From an uncultured Angelakisella sp. (GTDB lineage: Bacteria > Bacillota > Clostridia > Oscillospirales > Ruminococcaceae): DNA of 64,000 nt. Below the pieces are notes generated by a model. The model was not told the DNA's origin and did no database searches. It worked only from the letters and a program-made list of their open reading frames with translations. This document shows, in pieces, positions 19,102 through 28,654 of the stretch. Location of the stretch: contig CAJUFK010000004.1 in NCBI GenBank assembly GCA_910585535.1, positions 3,841 through 67,840 of the forward strand, written 5' to 3'. The translations under genes and the position numbers were made by a program. Position 1 is the first letter of the stretch; each line of letters starts with the position of its first letter.

Positions 19102-20168
19102 TGAAATATATCGATTTTGATTTTTACCGCGGCAAGCGGGTTTTTATCACCGGGCATACCGGCTTCAAGGGGAGCTGGCTCTGCCGGATTTTGGTGCAGG
19201 CCGGGGCTGTTGTCACCGGTTACAGCATGGAACCACCCACAAACCCCAACCTCTTTTCGCTGTCCGGCTTGGAGGGAAAAATGACCTCGGTTATCGGGGA
19301 TATCCGGGACTTTTCGGCCCTGAAGGCGGCGTTTGACGCGGCACAGCCGGAGATCGTGCTGCACCTGGCCGCCCAGCCTATTGTTCGGGACAGCTACAAG
19401 GATCCCGTTTACACCTACGGAACCAATGTCATGGGTACGGTGAACATTCTGGAGTGTGTGCGACTGTCCGGTTGTGTGGTCAGTTTCCTGAATGTCACCA
19501 CCGACAAGGTGTACCAGAACAACGAGTGGGTATGGGGTTACCGGGAGGATGAGCCGCTGAACGGCTATGACCCCTATTCCAACTCCAAGTCCTGCTCCGA
19601 GTTGGTGACCCACAGCTACCGGCGGAGCTTCTTTCCGGAGGGAATGCCCGCCATCTCCACCGCCCGGGCGGGAAATGTCATTGGCGGCGGGGATTTCGCG
19701 GGCGATCGCATCATCCCGGATTGTGTCCGGGCGGTGCAGGCGGGGAGAGCAGTCATTGTTCGCAATCCCCATTCAACCCGGCCCTATCAGCATGTCCTTG
19801 AGCCATTGTTTGCCTATCTGATGATTGCCCAGCGGCAATATCAGGATCCGTCCTATGCCGGTTGGTACAATGTAGGTCCCGATGAATGTGATTGCGTCAC
19901 CACCGGGGAACTGGTACGGCTTTTTTGTGAAAAATGGGGAGACAGAGCAGAATGGGTGGATAAGGCGGAGGCCAACGCGCCTCACGAGGCAAACTTCCTC
20001 AAGCTGGACTGCTCCAAGTTGAAGGCCGTCTTTGGCTGGCAGCCCCGCTGGCATATGGATGAGGTCATGGAGCTGACAGTGGCCTGGACCCGTATCTGGC
20101 TGGCAGGCGGAGACATCCCGGCAGAGATGGATCGGGAGATCCGATGGTATCTGGAGGGGATCGTATGA
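19101..20168 (+). CDS. rfbG: CDP-glucose 4,6-dehydratase
   Basis: TGHTGFKGSWL, HLAAQPIV, DPYSNSK, RAGNVIGGGD, RPYQHVLEPL. Confidence 0.95.
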   Translation: MKYIDFDFYRGKRVFITGHTGFKGSWLCRILVQAGAVVTGYSMEPPTNPNLFSLSGLEGKMTSVIGDIRDFSALKAAFDAAQPEIVLHLAAQPIVRDSYKDPVYTYGTNVMGTVNILECVRLSGCVVSFLNVTTDKVYQNNEWVWGYREDEPLNGYDPYSNSKSCSELVTHSYRRSFFPEGMPAISTARAGNVIGGGDFAGDRIIPDCVRAVQAGRAVIVRNPHSTRPYQHVLEPLFAYLMIAQRQYQDPSYAGWYNVGPDECDCVTTGELVRLFCEKWGDRAEWVDKAEANAPHEANFLKLDCSKLKAVFGWQPRWHMDEVMELTVAWTRIWLAGGDIPAEMDREIRWYLEGIV

Positions 20169-21097
20169 AAAATGTGGTGGTGACCGGAGCCAATGGCTTT
20201 GTGGGAAGCGCACTCTTGCGGGAGCTGACGGATCATGGTGTCAGGGTATATGCAGTGGTAAAGAGCCGGGAAGAGCCGGTGGAGTCTATCCGAGAACTGC
20301 CTGGCGTGGAGCTGGTTTACTGTGAGATGGATGTTCTGAATACCCTGCCGGAAAAAATCAAGGAAAAACCGGAGGTGTTCTACCACCTGGCCTGGGCGGG
20401 CTCCACCGGCTCGGCCCGGGGAGATTATACTCTGCAATTTCAGAACGCCAAATGGACTCTGGATGCAGTGAAGATATCCAAGGAATTGGGCTGCAAACGG
20501 TTTGTAGGGGCGGGGACGCTGGCAGAGTTTGATGTGAACGCCTATTCGCCGTTGAACGGCTCCACCCCCAATGCGGTGAGCTGCTACGGGGTGGCAAAGA
20601 TTGCCGCCCACCTGATGAGCAAGGCGGAGTGCAACGCACAAGGTGTAGAACATCTGTGGGCCTATCTTTCCAATACCTATGGGGTGGGGAACTATACCTC
20701 CAATTTTATCAACTTTGCAGCAAAAAGAATGCTTACCGGGCAGCCGGCGGATTTCACTTCCGGAGAACAGCCCTATGACTTTGTCTATGTTAGCGATATT
20801 GCCCAGGGGCTATACTGCATCGGGGAGAAAGGCCGGGCAAATTACGCCTACTATATCGGCAGCACAAAACCCGTGAAGTTAAAGGAATTTATCTGTACGC
20901 TTCGGGATGAAATTGACCCCGGCATCTCGCTGAATCTGGGGGCGGTTCCCTTCAACGGGATCCAGCAACCCGCCAGTGTCTTCGATTGCACGCAGCTGGT
21001 GGAGGACACCGGGTATCAACCCCGGGTATCTTTTTCCGAGGGGATCCGAATCACAGTAAAATGGCTTCGGGAGCAGATCAAAGAGGGACGGATATGA
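20165..21097 (+). CDS. NAD-dependent nucleotide-sugar epimerase/reductase (extended SDR)
   Basis: TGANGFVG, HLAW, YGVAK motifs. Confidence 0.88.
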   Translation: MKNVVVTGANGFVGSALLRELTDHGVRVYAVVKSREEPVESIRELPGVELVYCEMDVLNTLPEKIKEKPEVFYHLAWAGSTGSARGDYTLQFQNAKWTLDAVKISKELGCKRFVGAGTLAEFDVNAYSPLNGSTPNAVSCYGVAKIAAHLMSKAECNAQGVEHLWAYLSNTYGVGNYTSNFINFAAKRMLTGQPADFTSGEQPYDFVYVSDIAQGLYCIGEKGRANYAYYIGSTKPVKLKEFICTLRDEIDPGISLNLGAVPFNGIQQPASVFDCTQLVEDTGYQPRVSFSEGIRITVKWLREQIKEGRI

Positions 21098-21669
21098 TAC
21101 AGAAATTTGAATTTCATCCAACGGAGATAGCGGGACTTATCCGGGTCACACCTTTTAACGCTGAGGATATCCGGGGGTGTTTCACCAAGGACTACTCCAA
21201 AGAGGTATTCGAGTCCAACGGTATCCGGCACAACCTGGCGGAGGTCTTTTACACCACCAGCCATAAGGGAGTCATCCGCGCCCTGCACTTCCAGCGTGAA
21301 AAGCAGCAGCCCAAGCTGGTGCGGTGTATTTGCGGCCATGTCTGGGATGTGGTGGTAGATCTGAGGAAGGACAGCGCTACCTTTAAGCAATGGCAGGCTT
21401 TCGATTTGATAGGGGAGCAGCACAATGAAATACTCGTGCCTGCAGGATGCGCCCACGGATACCTTGTACTGGAGGAATCTATTGTCTCCTACAAGTGCGG
21501 GGAAAAATTTTACGGGGAATATGATGACGGCATCCTGTGGGATGACCCGGATATCGGCGTTGTTTGGCCTCTGGGGCTGGTAGGCGGCCGGGAGGGGGTG
21601 ATTCTGGCGGAGAAGGACAAAAAGCTCCAGTCCTTCGGGGAATTTATGGAGCGGTACGGAGGATTTTGA
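21094..21669 (+). CDS. rfbC: NDP-4-keto-6-deoxyhexose 3,5-epimerase (RmlC/RfbC family)
   Basis: DIRGCF, GVIRALHFQ, KLVRC, DVVVDLR, GCAHGY, WDDPDIG. Confidence 0.9.
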   Translation: MIQKFEFHPTEIAGLIRVTPFNAEDIRGCFTKDYSKEVFESNGIRHNLAEVFYTTSHKGVIRALHFQREKQQPKLVRCICGHVWDVVVDLRKDSATFKQWQAFDLIGEQHNEILVPAGCAHGYLVLEESIVSYKCGEKFYGEYDDGILWDDPDIGVVWPLGLVGGREGVILAEKDKKLQSFGEFMERYGGF

Positions 21670-21670
21670 A

Positions 21671-22798
21671 ATGAAGGCTGATCCCTCACGGAACGGTTGG
21701 ATTGAAATTCTTCGCTTCCTATTCGCCTGTGCCATTGTTGGCATCCATATGAGCGGGTATTACGCAGAACAAGGTCATTACTTTCACAGCGGCTATATTG
21801 TAATAGATGCCTTTTTTGTCTTGACCGGGCTTCTGGCGATGATCTCCCTCCGGCGTTCTTATTGCTTCACCCCAGAGCTTACACCGTTGCAGCGGCTGCT
21901 GACCCTCCTAAAGAAAAAATGGCTGAAGGTTTACCCTCTCTACCTACTTTCCTTTGTGATTCTTTTCCTGTTCCAGGAGACGATGGAATATCACAATAAC
22001 TTATATGGTATGCTTAACGGGTTTGCCGCTGCCACAGGAGAGTTGCTGGGGGTCGCCGTTCTTGGTCTGGGGGGCGGCATAGCCACAAAGGGTGCTTTAT
22101 ATTATAACCTTCCGGGATGGTATTTTTCGGCTATGTTGATTGGGCTGGCCGTTGTGCTGTTTCTTGCAATCTGGCTGAAGGATTTGTTTCTGCCGCTTAT
22201 CGCACCAGGGGTGGCCGTGTTGCTTTATGGGTATCTCCATCTCAAAGTGGGTCACCTGCAAATCTGGGAGATTTTGGGAGATCGCTACCTGTTTCCTCTT
22301 TGGCGGGCTATCGCCGGTCTTTGCCTGGGAGCTTTCGCCAGCCTACTGTATGACAGTCTGTGCACAGTGCGTTTGCGCTGGGCCGGCAGAGTGCTTCGCA
22401 GTGGGGCAGAGCTGCTGATGGCAGCTTGGATCTTATGGTACGCTTTCCGCCCTTGGGCGCAGTGGGGCGTGGTTGATTTTTCGGTTCCCTTTGCCGCTGC
22501 GCTCCTTTTTCCAATGCTGCTCAGCCATTCCCGGGTTTCCGGGAAGATGGGGGACAGTGTCCCCCATAAAGCTGCCTGCTGGCTGGGATATATCAGTTTG
22601 CCCTTATGGCTGAACCATTATCTTGTGATACAGGTTTTCCGTATCCTTCAGCTCCAGGGTGGTATTTGGACGATGTACTTTTCCATCCTTGCCATTTCGG
22701 TTGCAGTAGCGGTAATGGTACAAACAATAAGCACGATCTTGCAAAAGGTGTGCGCTTACCTGTGGCGGAAAGGCAAAAATCTTTTGATTGAGAGTTGA
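21671..22798 (+). CDS. Acyltransferase-3 family membrane O-acyltransferase
   Basis: IEILRFLFACAIVGIH, VIDAFFVLTG, WYFSA, LGYISLPLWLNH; polytopic. Confidence 0.85.
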   Translation: MKADPSRNGWIEILRFLFACAIVGIHMSGYYAEQGHYFHSGYIVIDAFFVLTGLLAMISLRRSYCFTPELTPLQRLLTLLKKKWLKVYPLYLLSFVILFLFQETMEYHNNLYGMLNGFAAATGELLGVAVLGLGGGIATKGALYYNLPGWYFSAMLIGLAVVLFLAIWLKDLFLPLIAPGVAVLLYGYLHLKVGHLQIWEILGDRYLFPLWRAIAGLCLGAFASLLYDSLCTVRLRWAGRVLRSGAELLMAAWILWYAFRPWAQWGVVDFSVPFAAALLFPMLLSHSRVSGKMGDSVPHKAACWLGYISLPLWLNHYLVIQVFRILQLQGGIWTMYFSILAISVAVAVMVQTISTILQKVCAYLWRKGKNLLIES

Positions 22799-22804
22799 AA
22801 AAAG

Positions 22805-23950
22805 ATGGACACTTTAATTGTGGGCTGCGGCCTGACTGGCGCAGTTATTGCCCGGCATCTTGCGGAACAGGGGAAACGGGTGGAAGTCTGGGAGCGACGG
22901 GATCATATTGGCGGGAATATGTACGACTATGTGGATAATAACGGTATTCGGGTGCATCGATATGGCCCCCATGTCTTCCACACTTATGGGGAGAACCTGA
23001 AGGATTATATGCTTCGCTATGGGCAGTGGGTTCCCTTCTTCATCACCTGCCGGGTAGAAATGCTGGGGAAAGTGACCCCTTCCCCCTTCAACTACCAAAC
23101 CATTGACGACTACTATTCCCCGCAAAAAGCTGCCGCATTGAAGGCCACACTAAAACAAGCCTATCCGGGACGGGACAAGGCCACTATTGTGGAGCTGCTG
23201 GAAAGCAGCGACCCGTTGATTAAAGAATATGCAGATTTTCTCTTTGCGAAGGACTATTCCCTTTACACGGCAAAGCAGTGGGGCATCTCCCCGGCGGAAA
23301 TTGACCCTAGCGTACTGAGGCGGGTTCCGGTGCTGTTTTCCTACAAAGATGGTTACTTTGATGATACCTGGCAGATGGTTCCGGTGGATGGCTACACCGC
23401 CTGGTTTTTCAAGCTGCTGGATTATCCCAATATCACCGTGCGATTAAATGTGGAGGCGTTGGATCACATAAAGATCGCCGGAGACAAAATCCTGTTGGAT
23501 GGTGTTCCCTTTGCAGGTCAAGTGATTTACACCGGTGCAGTGGACGAGCTGCTGGGGAAAAAATATGGAGCACTGCCCTACCGCAGTCTACGCTTTGAAT
23601 GGCGAACCGGGGAGGGGGAGCATTGCCTGGCGGCCCCGCTGGTGGCCTACCCGGAGGCGGAAGGTTATACCCGTATTACCGAGTACAGCCATTTCCCGCA
23701 GAAGCAGCGGCAAAAACAAACCAGCCTGGCCTATGAATACCCCCTGCCTTATCAGGAGGGGAGCAAGGCTGAGCCATACTATCCGATTTTGACAGAGGAG
23801 AGTAAAGAACGGCACGAGCGGTATCTCCATGAATTGCGGCGGATCAGGAATCTTACCTGCTGCGGCCGGCTGGCGGATTTCAAGTACTATAATATGGATC
23901 AGGCATTAGCGCGGGCATTGGCATGTAGTGAAGAAGAATTAGAGGGATGA
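22805..23950 (+). CDS. glf: UDP-galactopyranose mutase (copy 1)
   Basis: VGCGLTG, HIGGN, HRYGPHVFHT, YTAKQWG, LPYRSL, GRLADFKYYNMD. Confidence 0.93.
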   Translation: MDTLIVGCGLTGAVIARHLAEQGKRVEVWERRDHIGGNMYDYVDNNGIRVHRYGPHVFHTYGENLKDYMLRYGQWVPFFITCRVEMLGKVTPSPFNYQTIDDYYSPQKAAALKATLKQAYPGRDKATIVELLESSDPLIKEYADFLFAKDYSLYTAKQWGISPAEIDPSVLRRVPVLFSYKDGYFDDTWQMVPVDGYTAWFFKLLDYPNITVRLNVEALDHIKIAGDKILLDGVPFAGQVIYTGAVDELLGKKYGALPYRSLRFEWRTGEGEHCLAAPLVAYPEAEGYTRITEYSHFPQKQRQKQTSLAYEYPLPYQEGSKAEPYYPILTEESKERHERYLHELRRIRNLTCCGRLADFKYYNMDQALARALACSEEELEG

Positions 23951-25177
23951 GTGCGGAGAAAAGATAACCGAAGTGGTACGGATTTTTCATCGAAAGAGGT
24001 GCAGGGCTTGTCAAAAGAAAAAGGCAGGGAAACACTTTCTGTTTCAAAAGCGGCAGCTTCCGCCATTCTCTGCAATCATTATGACTATTTGATTGTTGGC
24101 AGCGGCCTTTATGGCTTGACTTTTGCCCGGGAAATGACCGACCATGGCAAAACATGCCTGGTGATAGACAAGCGTCCAGATCCCGGCGGAAATGTTTTTT
24201 GCGAAATGGTGGATGGCATCACTGTCCATCGATACGGCGCACATATTTTTCATACAAATAATAAAACCGTGTGGGACTATGTATGCCGCTTTGCAAAATT
24301 TCTGCCATATACTCATAAGGTCATAGCAAAAAACGGAAACGGGATTTACAGCCTGCCCTTTAATATGTACACATTTTATCAAATGTGGGGCGTTGATTCG
24401 CCGGAAGAAGCGAAAAAAAAGATTTCCGAACAAAGTAGCTGCGCCGGGTTGATAAAAAACCTAGAAGACCAGGCGATATCACTTGTGGGATATGATGTCT
24501 ATGAAAAACTTGTAAAGTATTATACCCAAAAGCAATGGGGAAAAAGCTGCAAGGATCTCCCCGCCTCCATTATAAAACGCATTCCGCTTCGTTTTGAATA
24601 TGATGACCGCTATTTTACAGATCGATATCAGGGAATTCCTGATGGCGGTTATAACGCACTTGTAGAAAATATGCTTTCCGGCATTCCGATTATTACAAGA
24701 ATAAGTTATCAGCAACTCATCAAAAAATATCCCAATATTGCGAAAAGAATCGTTTATACCGGCCCTATCGATGAATTTTTTCACTACGAACTGGGGAAAT
24801 TGGAATACAGGAGCCTACGCTTCGAAACATTTCTTCTCAACCAGCCGGACTTTCAGGGCTATTCCGTTGTAAATTATTGTGATGCGGAAACGCCATTTAC
24901 GCGCATTATCGAACACAAGCACTTTACCGATGTAAAGGCGAAAAAGACAGTTATCACCTATGAATATCCGGAGGCATGGAAGCCGGGGAAAGATGCTTAT
25001 TATCCAATAAACGATAATCACAACAGTTCCTTGTATCAGCAGTATTTAGAGCTTGCCGCAAAGCGCCCTGAGGTTATTTTCGGAGGCCGGTTAGGAGCGT
25101 ACAAATACTACAATATGGATGAAGCTGTTGCCGCCGCAATAGAAGCAGCCTCAAAAGAGCGAAAGGAAAACTCATAA
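23951..25177 (+). CDS. glf: UDP-galactopyranose mutase (copy 2, ~40 aa atypical N-terminal extension)
   Basis: YDYLIVGSGLYG, HRYGAHIFHT, YTQKQWG, LEYRSL, GRLGAYKYYNMD. Confidence 0.9.
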   Translation: MRRKDNRSGTDFSSKEVQGLSKEKGRETLSVSKAAASAILCNHYDYLIVGSGLYGLTFAREMTDHGKTCLVIDKRPDPGGNVFCEMVDGITVHRYGAHIFHTNNKTVWDYVCRFAKFLPYTHKVIAKNGNGIYSLPFNMYTFYQMWGVDSPEEAKKKISEQSSCAGLIKNLEDQAISLVGYDVYEKLVKYYTQKQWGKSCKDLPASIIKRIPLRFEYDDRYFTDRYQGIPDGGYNALVENMLSGIPIITRISYQQLIKKYPNIAKRIVYTGPIDEFFHYELGKLEYRSLRFETFLLNQPDFQGYSVVNYCDAETPFTRIIEHKHFTDVKAKKTVITYEYPEAWKPGKDAYYPINDNHNSSLYQQYLELAAKRPEVIFGGRLGAYKYYNMDEAVAAAIEAASKERKENS

Positions 25178-25320
25178 GAATTATAAATTCAGTTCGCCCA
25201 AATGTGGATTTTGCCGCCATTTCCATCCTCATCAATGACGGTACCCTGGATTCCTTCAATATCATTTTCATTGCCGATGAGTTGGAGTCAAAAAACTTCA
25301 ATGCTGTAAATGTCATGTGA
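25174..25320 (+). pseudogene. Acyl carrier protein remnant
   Basis: Reads IRIINSVRPNVDFAAISILINDGTLDSFNIIFIADELESKNFNAVNVM*; has the LDS(F) phosphopantetheine motif and NFN tail but no start codon and an apparent internal deletion. Confidence 0.6.
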
Positions 25321-25357
25321 AAAATAAATTATATTATTATAAAAAAGTAGTAAAACA

Positions 25358-26761
25358 ATGATCCGAAAAAACCAACCTATCCTAAACTTTCTAAACATAG
25401 CCAGTGACTTTATCCTTATTACTTTATCATATCCAATGGCCATGTACACCCGCCTGGAGCTGCTAGGCGGACACAGCCAGATGCCTCTTCTTTCCCCGCC
25501 TTACTATTTCATGGCCGGATGCTGCGCCATCCTCACCGTTTTTGTCTACTATATCCTGGGGTTGTACGGTTCTCAACGCCTGAAGCAAAGCACAGGAGAG
25601 CTTTTTCAGGTTCCGCTGGTAAACGGCATTGTCACCTTAGTGGCCATGTCCCTCCTGTACCTTACCCGAATCATGGAGTTCCCACGCTTGGCAGTGGCCC
25701 TCTTCTGGCTCTTCTCCAGCCTGCTGGTCATCGCCAAGCGCACCCTCTGCTGGGGCCTCCTCCGCTATTACCGCAGCCAGGGATATAACCAAAAGTATGT
25801 TGTGGTTGTCGGCAACGGCCACCTGGCAAAGCAGTATCTGCAAAACATCCGGGAGAATCCCCAGATGGGGATTCTCTCCATCGGCTATGTCAGCAAAGCA
25901 GAGCGCCCGGAATTAGGCGAATGCCTTGGCAGCTACGAAGACCTGGAAAAGATCCTGGTTCGCCACAAACCGGACGAGCTTATCGTTGCCCTGGAACCCC
26001 ACGAAACCCAATTCATGAAGCCAGTCTTAGCCGCAGCAGATAAAGAAGGGGTTCGCCTCAGTCTCATTCCCTTCTACAACGATTACATCCCCGCCCACCC
26101 CACCATCGATGTCATCGGCCAAACCCGCCTTATCGATATGCGGGCCACCCCCCTGGATAATCTGGGCTGGGCCATTCTAAAACGAGCGATGGATATTGCT
26201 GGGTCCCTAATGTTGATTATCCTCACCAGCCCCATCATGCTAGCAACCGCGATTGGGGTAAGGCTAAGCAGTCCCGGTCCCATCCTTTTCCGCCAAGAAC
26301 GGATCGGCAAAAACAAAAAGCCCTTCACCATGCTGAAATTCCGCAGCATGAAGCAGAACGCAAAAGAGACCACCGCCTGGAGCACCAACAGCGACCCCAG
26401 AAAAACGAAGTTTGGCAGCTTCATCCGCAAATACAGCATTGACGAACTGCCCCAGCTCTTCAATGTCCTGGCCGGGGACATGAGTTTGGTAGGCCCCCGC
26501 CCGGAGATCCTCTTCCATGTGCGCCACTTCAAGGAGGAAGTTCCCCTCTACCTGGTGCGCCAGCAGGTGCGCCCGGGGATGACCGGCTGGGCCCAGGTAA
26601 ACGGCCTGCGGGGGGATACCAGCATCGAGGAGCGGGTGAAGTACGACATTTGGTACATCGAAAATTGGAGCCTGGAGCTGGACATCCGCATCCTGCTGAA
26701 AACCGCTTTCGGCGGGATGATCAACAACGAACAGCTGACAGAGGATAAACGCCATGAATGA
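25358..26761 (+). CDS. Undecaprenyl-phosphate glucose phosphotransferase (priming GT, WcaJ/CpsE-type)
   Basis: N-terminal TM segments, KRAMDI, KFRSM, SIDELPQLFNVL.GDMSLVGPRP, PGMTGWAQVNG. Confidence 0.93.
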   Translation: MIRKNQPILNFLNIASDFILITLSYPMAMYTRLELLGGHSQMPLLSPPYYFMAGCCAILTVFVYYILGLYGSQRLKQSTGELFQVPLVNGIVTLVAMSLLYLTRIMEFPRLAVALFWLFSSLLVIAKRTLCWGLLRYYRSQGYNQKYVVVVGNGHLAKQYLQNIRENPQMGILSIGYVSKAERPELGECLGSYEDLEKILVRHKPDELIVALEPHETQFMKPVLAAADKEGVRLSLIPFYNDYIPAHPTIDVIGQTRLIDMRATPLDNLGWAILKRAMDIAGSLMLIILTSPIMLATAIGVRLSSPGPILFRQERIGKNKKPFTMLKFRSMKQNAKETTAWSTNSDPRKTKFGSFIRKYSIDELPQLFNVLAGDMSLVGPRPEILFHVRHFKEEVPLYLVRQQVRPGMTGWAQVNGLRGDTSIEERVKYDIWYIENWSLELDIRILLKTAFGGMINNEQLTEDKRHE

Positions 26762-27833
26762 GCCCATCCGAGTGGCCCAGGTCCTGAACCGCATGGACAG
26801 CGGCGGGATCGAATCGGTGGTGATGAATTATTACCGCCATATTGATAGAAAAAAGATTCAATTTGATTTTTATTTTACTCAAAATAGTTCCTTCCCTCAG
26901 AGGGAAGAATTGGAGCAGCTGGGGGCGAGGATCTACCTGATACCGCCATATAGCAAACCGCTAAAATATCATAAAGTCCTCTATCAAGCCTTCCGAGAAA
27001 GAAAGTATAGGATCGTTCACGCCCATCTCAGTACCATGTCAGTCTTCGCCCTTTTTGCGGCGTGGAGGGCCAGAGTACCAGTGCGGATCTGCCATAACCA
27101 CACCACCGCCTATTGGGGAGAGGGGGCAAAAACGCTCCTGAAGTACATACTCCGCCCCTGGAACAAGCTGTTTGCCACCGACTATTTTGCCTGCGGAGAA
27201 ACCGCGGGGCGCTGGATGTATGGGGACCACTGCTTTGATCAAGGGAAAGTCACCGTGATGCCTAACGCCATTGATACCCAAAGGTTTGCCTTTGACGCGG
27301 AGGTCAGAAAGCGGCTGAGAGATGAGCTGAAGATTCCCCAAGATGCCTTTGTTATTGGCCATGTGGGACGCTTCATGTATCAGAAGAACCACGGCTTTTT
27401 GATAGATATTTTCGCAGAGGTGCTGAAAAAGAAACCGGAAGCAATCCTCCTTTTAATCGGGGAAGGAGAGCTAATGGAAAACATCCAGGCCAAGGTCAAA
27501 GCAAAGGGTATCAGCGACAATGTCGTTTTTACCGGAGCCCGCAAGGATGTAAACCAGCTTTACAGTGTGATGGATGTATTCTGTCTCCCCAGCTTCTACG
27601 AGGGAATGCCGGTGGTCGCCTGGGAAGCCCAGGCAAATGGATTGCCCTGTGTTTTTTCGGATAAGGTCACACAGGAGGTCATTTGTGGTAAAGGTTGTTA
27701 TTCTCTGAAATTAAGGCAAAGTACGAGTGATTGGGCAGAAGCATTATCTACCGTAAAAAACCGGAATGTCTGCACAATACCGGACATCCATAAATCCGCA
27801 GTTTGGCTAACGGATTTTTACAGTGGAAGGTAA
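26754..27833 (+). CDS. GT4 glycosyltransferase (EpsF-like)
   Basis: GGIESVVMN, GHVGRF..QKNH, PSFYEGMPVVAWEAQ. Confidence 0.9.
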   Translation: MNEPIRVAQVLNRMDSGGIESVVMNYYRHIDRKKIQFDFYFTQNSSFPQREELEQLGARIYLIPPYSKPLKYHKVLYQAFRERKYRIVHAHLSTMSVFALFAAWRARVPVRICHNHTTAYWGEGAKTLLKYILRPWNKLFATDYFACGETAGRWMYGDHCFDQGKVTVMPNAIDTQRFAFDAEVRKRLRDELKIPQDAFVIGHVGRFMYQKNHGFLIDIFAEVLKKKPEAILLLIGEGELMENIQAKVKAKGISDNVVFTGARKDVNQLYSVMDVFCLPSFYEGMPVVAWEAQANGLPCVFSDKVTQEVICGKGCYSLKLRQSTSDWAEALSTVKNRNVCTIPDIHKSAVWLTDFYSGR

Positions 27834-27982
27834 GGGAGATTGTTATGAGCGGTAAAAAAGTACTTACGAGACTGTTGCAAGAAAATCCATATTAACTGTG
27901 AAAAAAATTTCAAATAGGTTATACAAAAACATCAGAGCCGGTAAAGATTAAAAAGGGAAAATTAAAAGCACATAATACGTTG

Positions 27983-28654
27983 CTATATATCCAGTGCTTT
28001 CACATCACTCAATTTCCTCCGGATCTCCTCCGACTTTTCCCCCTGGATATACTGCTGCTGCTTTGGGACATACAGGTAACCAAACGCTTTCAAAAGCTCC
28101 TTGGCCCTCTCTTGCTCAAGATCCAGCAGTTCGGCAAGTTCAGAAGAATTCCATCGCTTGCGGGAAAAAATGATGTCAAAGCAGGTCTGCGGTGGCTGCT
28201 GTTTTGGAAGAAAATGGTTTTGCAGATAGCAAAACAGATCCCTCAAACTGAACCCGGAGATCGTTACAAAGGTTGCAATAATAGTAAGAATCGGGAATAC
28301 ACTTTCCCAAATTTCTTCAAGCGGCAGGAATCCGGGTCCGCCTGCCCAGGGGTAATCGGTCGTGATGTGGATCGTATCGTCTGAAATATTGTGGGTATGT
28401 AAAAAATCCTTGACTTTTGCCTTCTCAAACGGAACGAAATAAATCGCCTTTCCATCAGTAAATAAATACGGCAGAAGAGGGTCATTCCAGGTGAAGACCC
28501 CGCTGAAGGGGTAGTAGTGCGATAGATCAGCGTTCATACATCCAACAGCATTCAGCAACTGCTGAATGGTTGCATCATCATCTAGTATAATAACTTTTTT
28601 CTGTGGCGCCTGCTCGTCCAGTGCAGCATTGCGAATGACAATATCGAGCTTCAT
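27983..28654 (-). CDS. Hypothetical protein
   Basis: 223 aa ORF overlapping the upstream gene stop (ATGA), GGAGG-like RBS, one hydrophobic segment. Confidence 0.6.
   Translation of the reverse strand: MKLDIVIRNAALDEQAPQKKVIILDDDATIQQLLNAVGCMNADLSHYYPFSGVFTWNDPLLPYLFTDGKAIYFVPFEKAKVKDFLHTHNISDDTIHITTDYPWAGGPGFLPLEEIWESVFPILTIIATFVTISGFSLRDLFCYLQNHFLPKQQPPQTCFDIIFSRKRWNSSELAELLDLEQERAKELLKAFGYLYVPKQQQYIQGEKSEEIRRKLSDVKALDI

Noticed and set aside
27960..27980. GCACATAA as the left att site matching ACATAAGG at the spoIIID junction
   Set aside because: Only ~6 bp match and not preceded by a spoIIID 5' coding half
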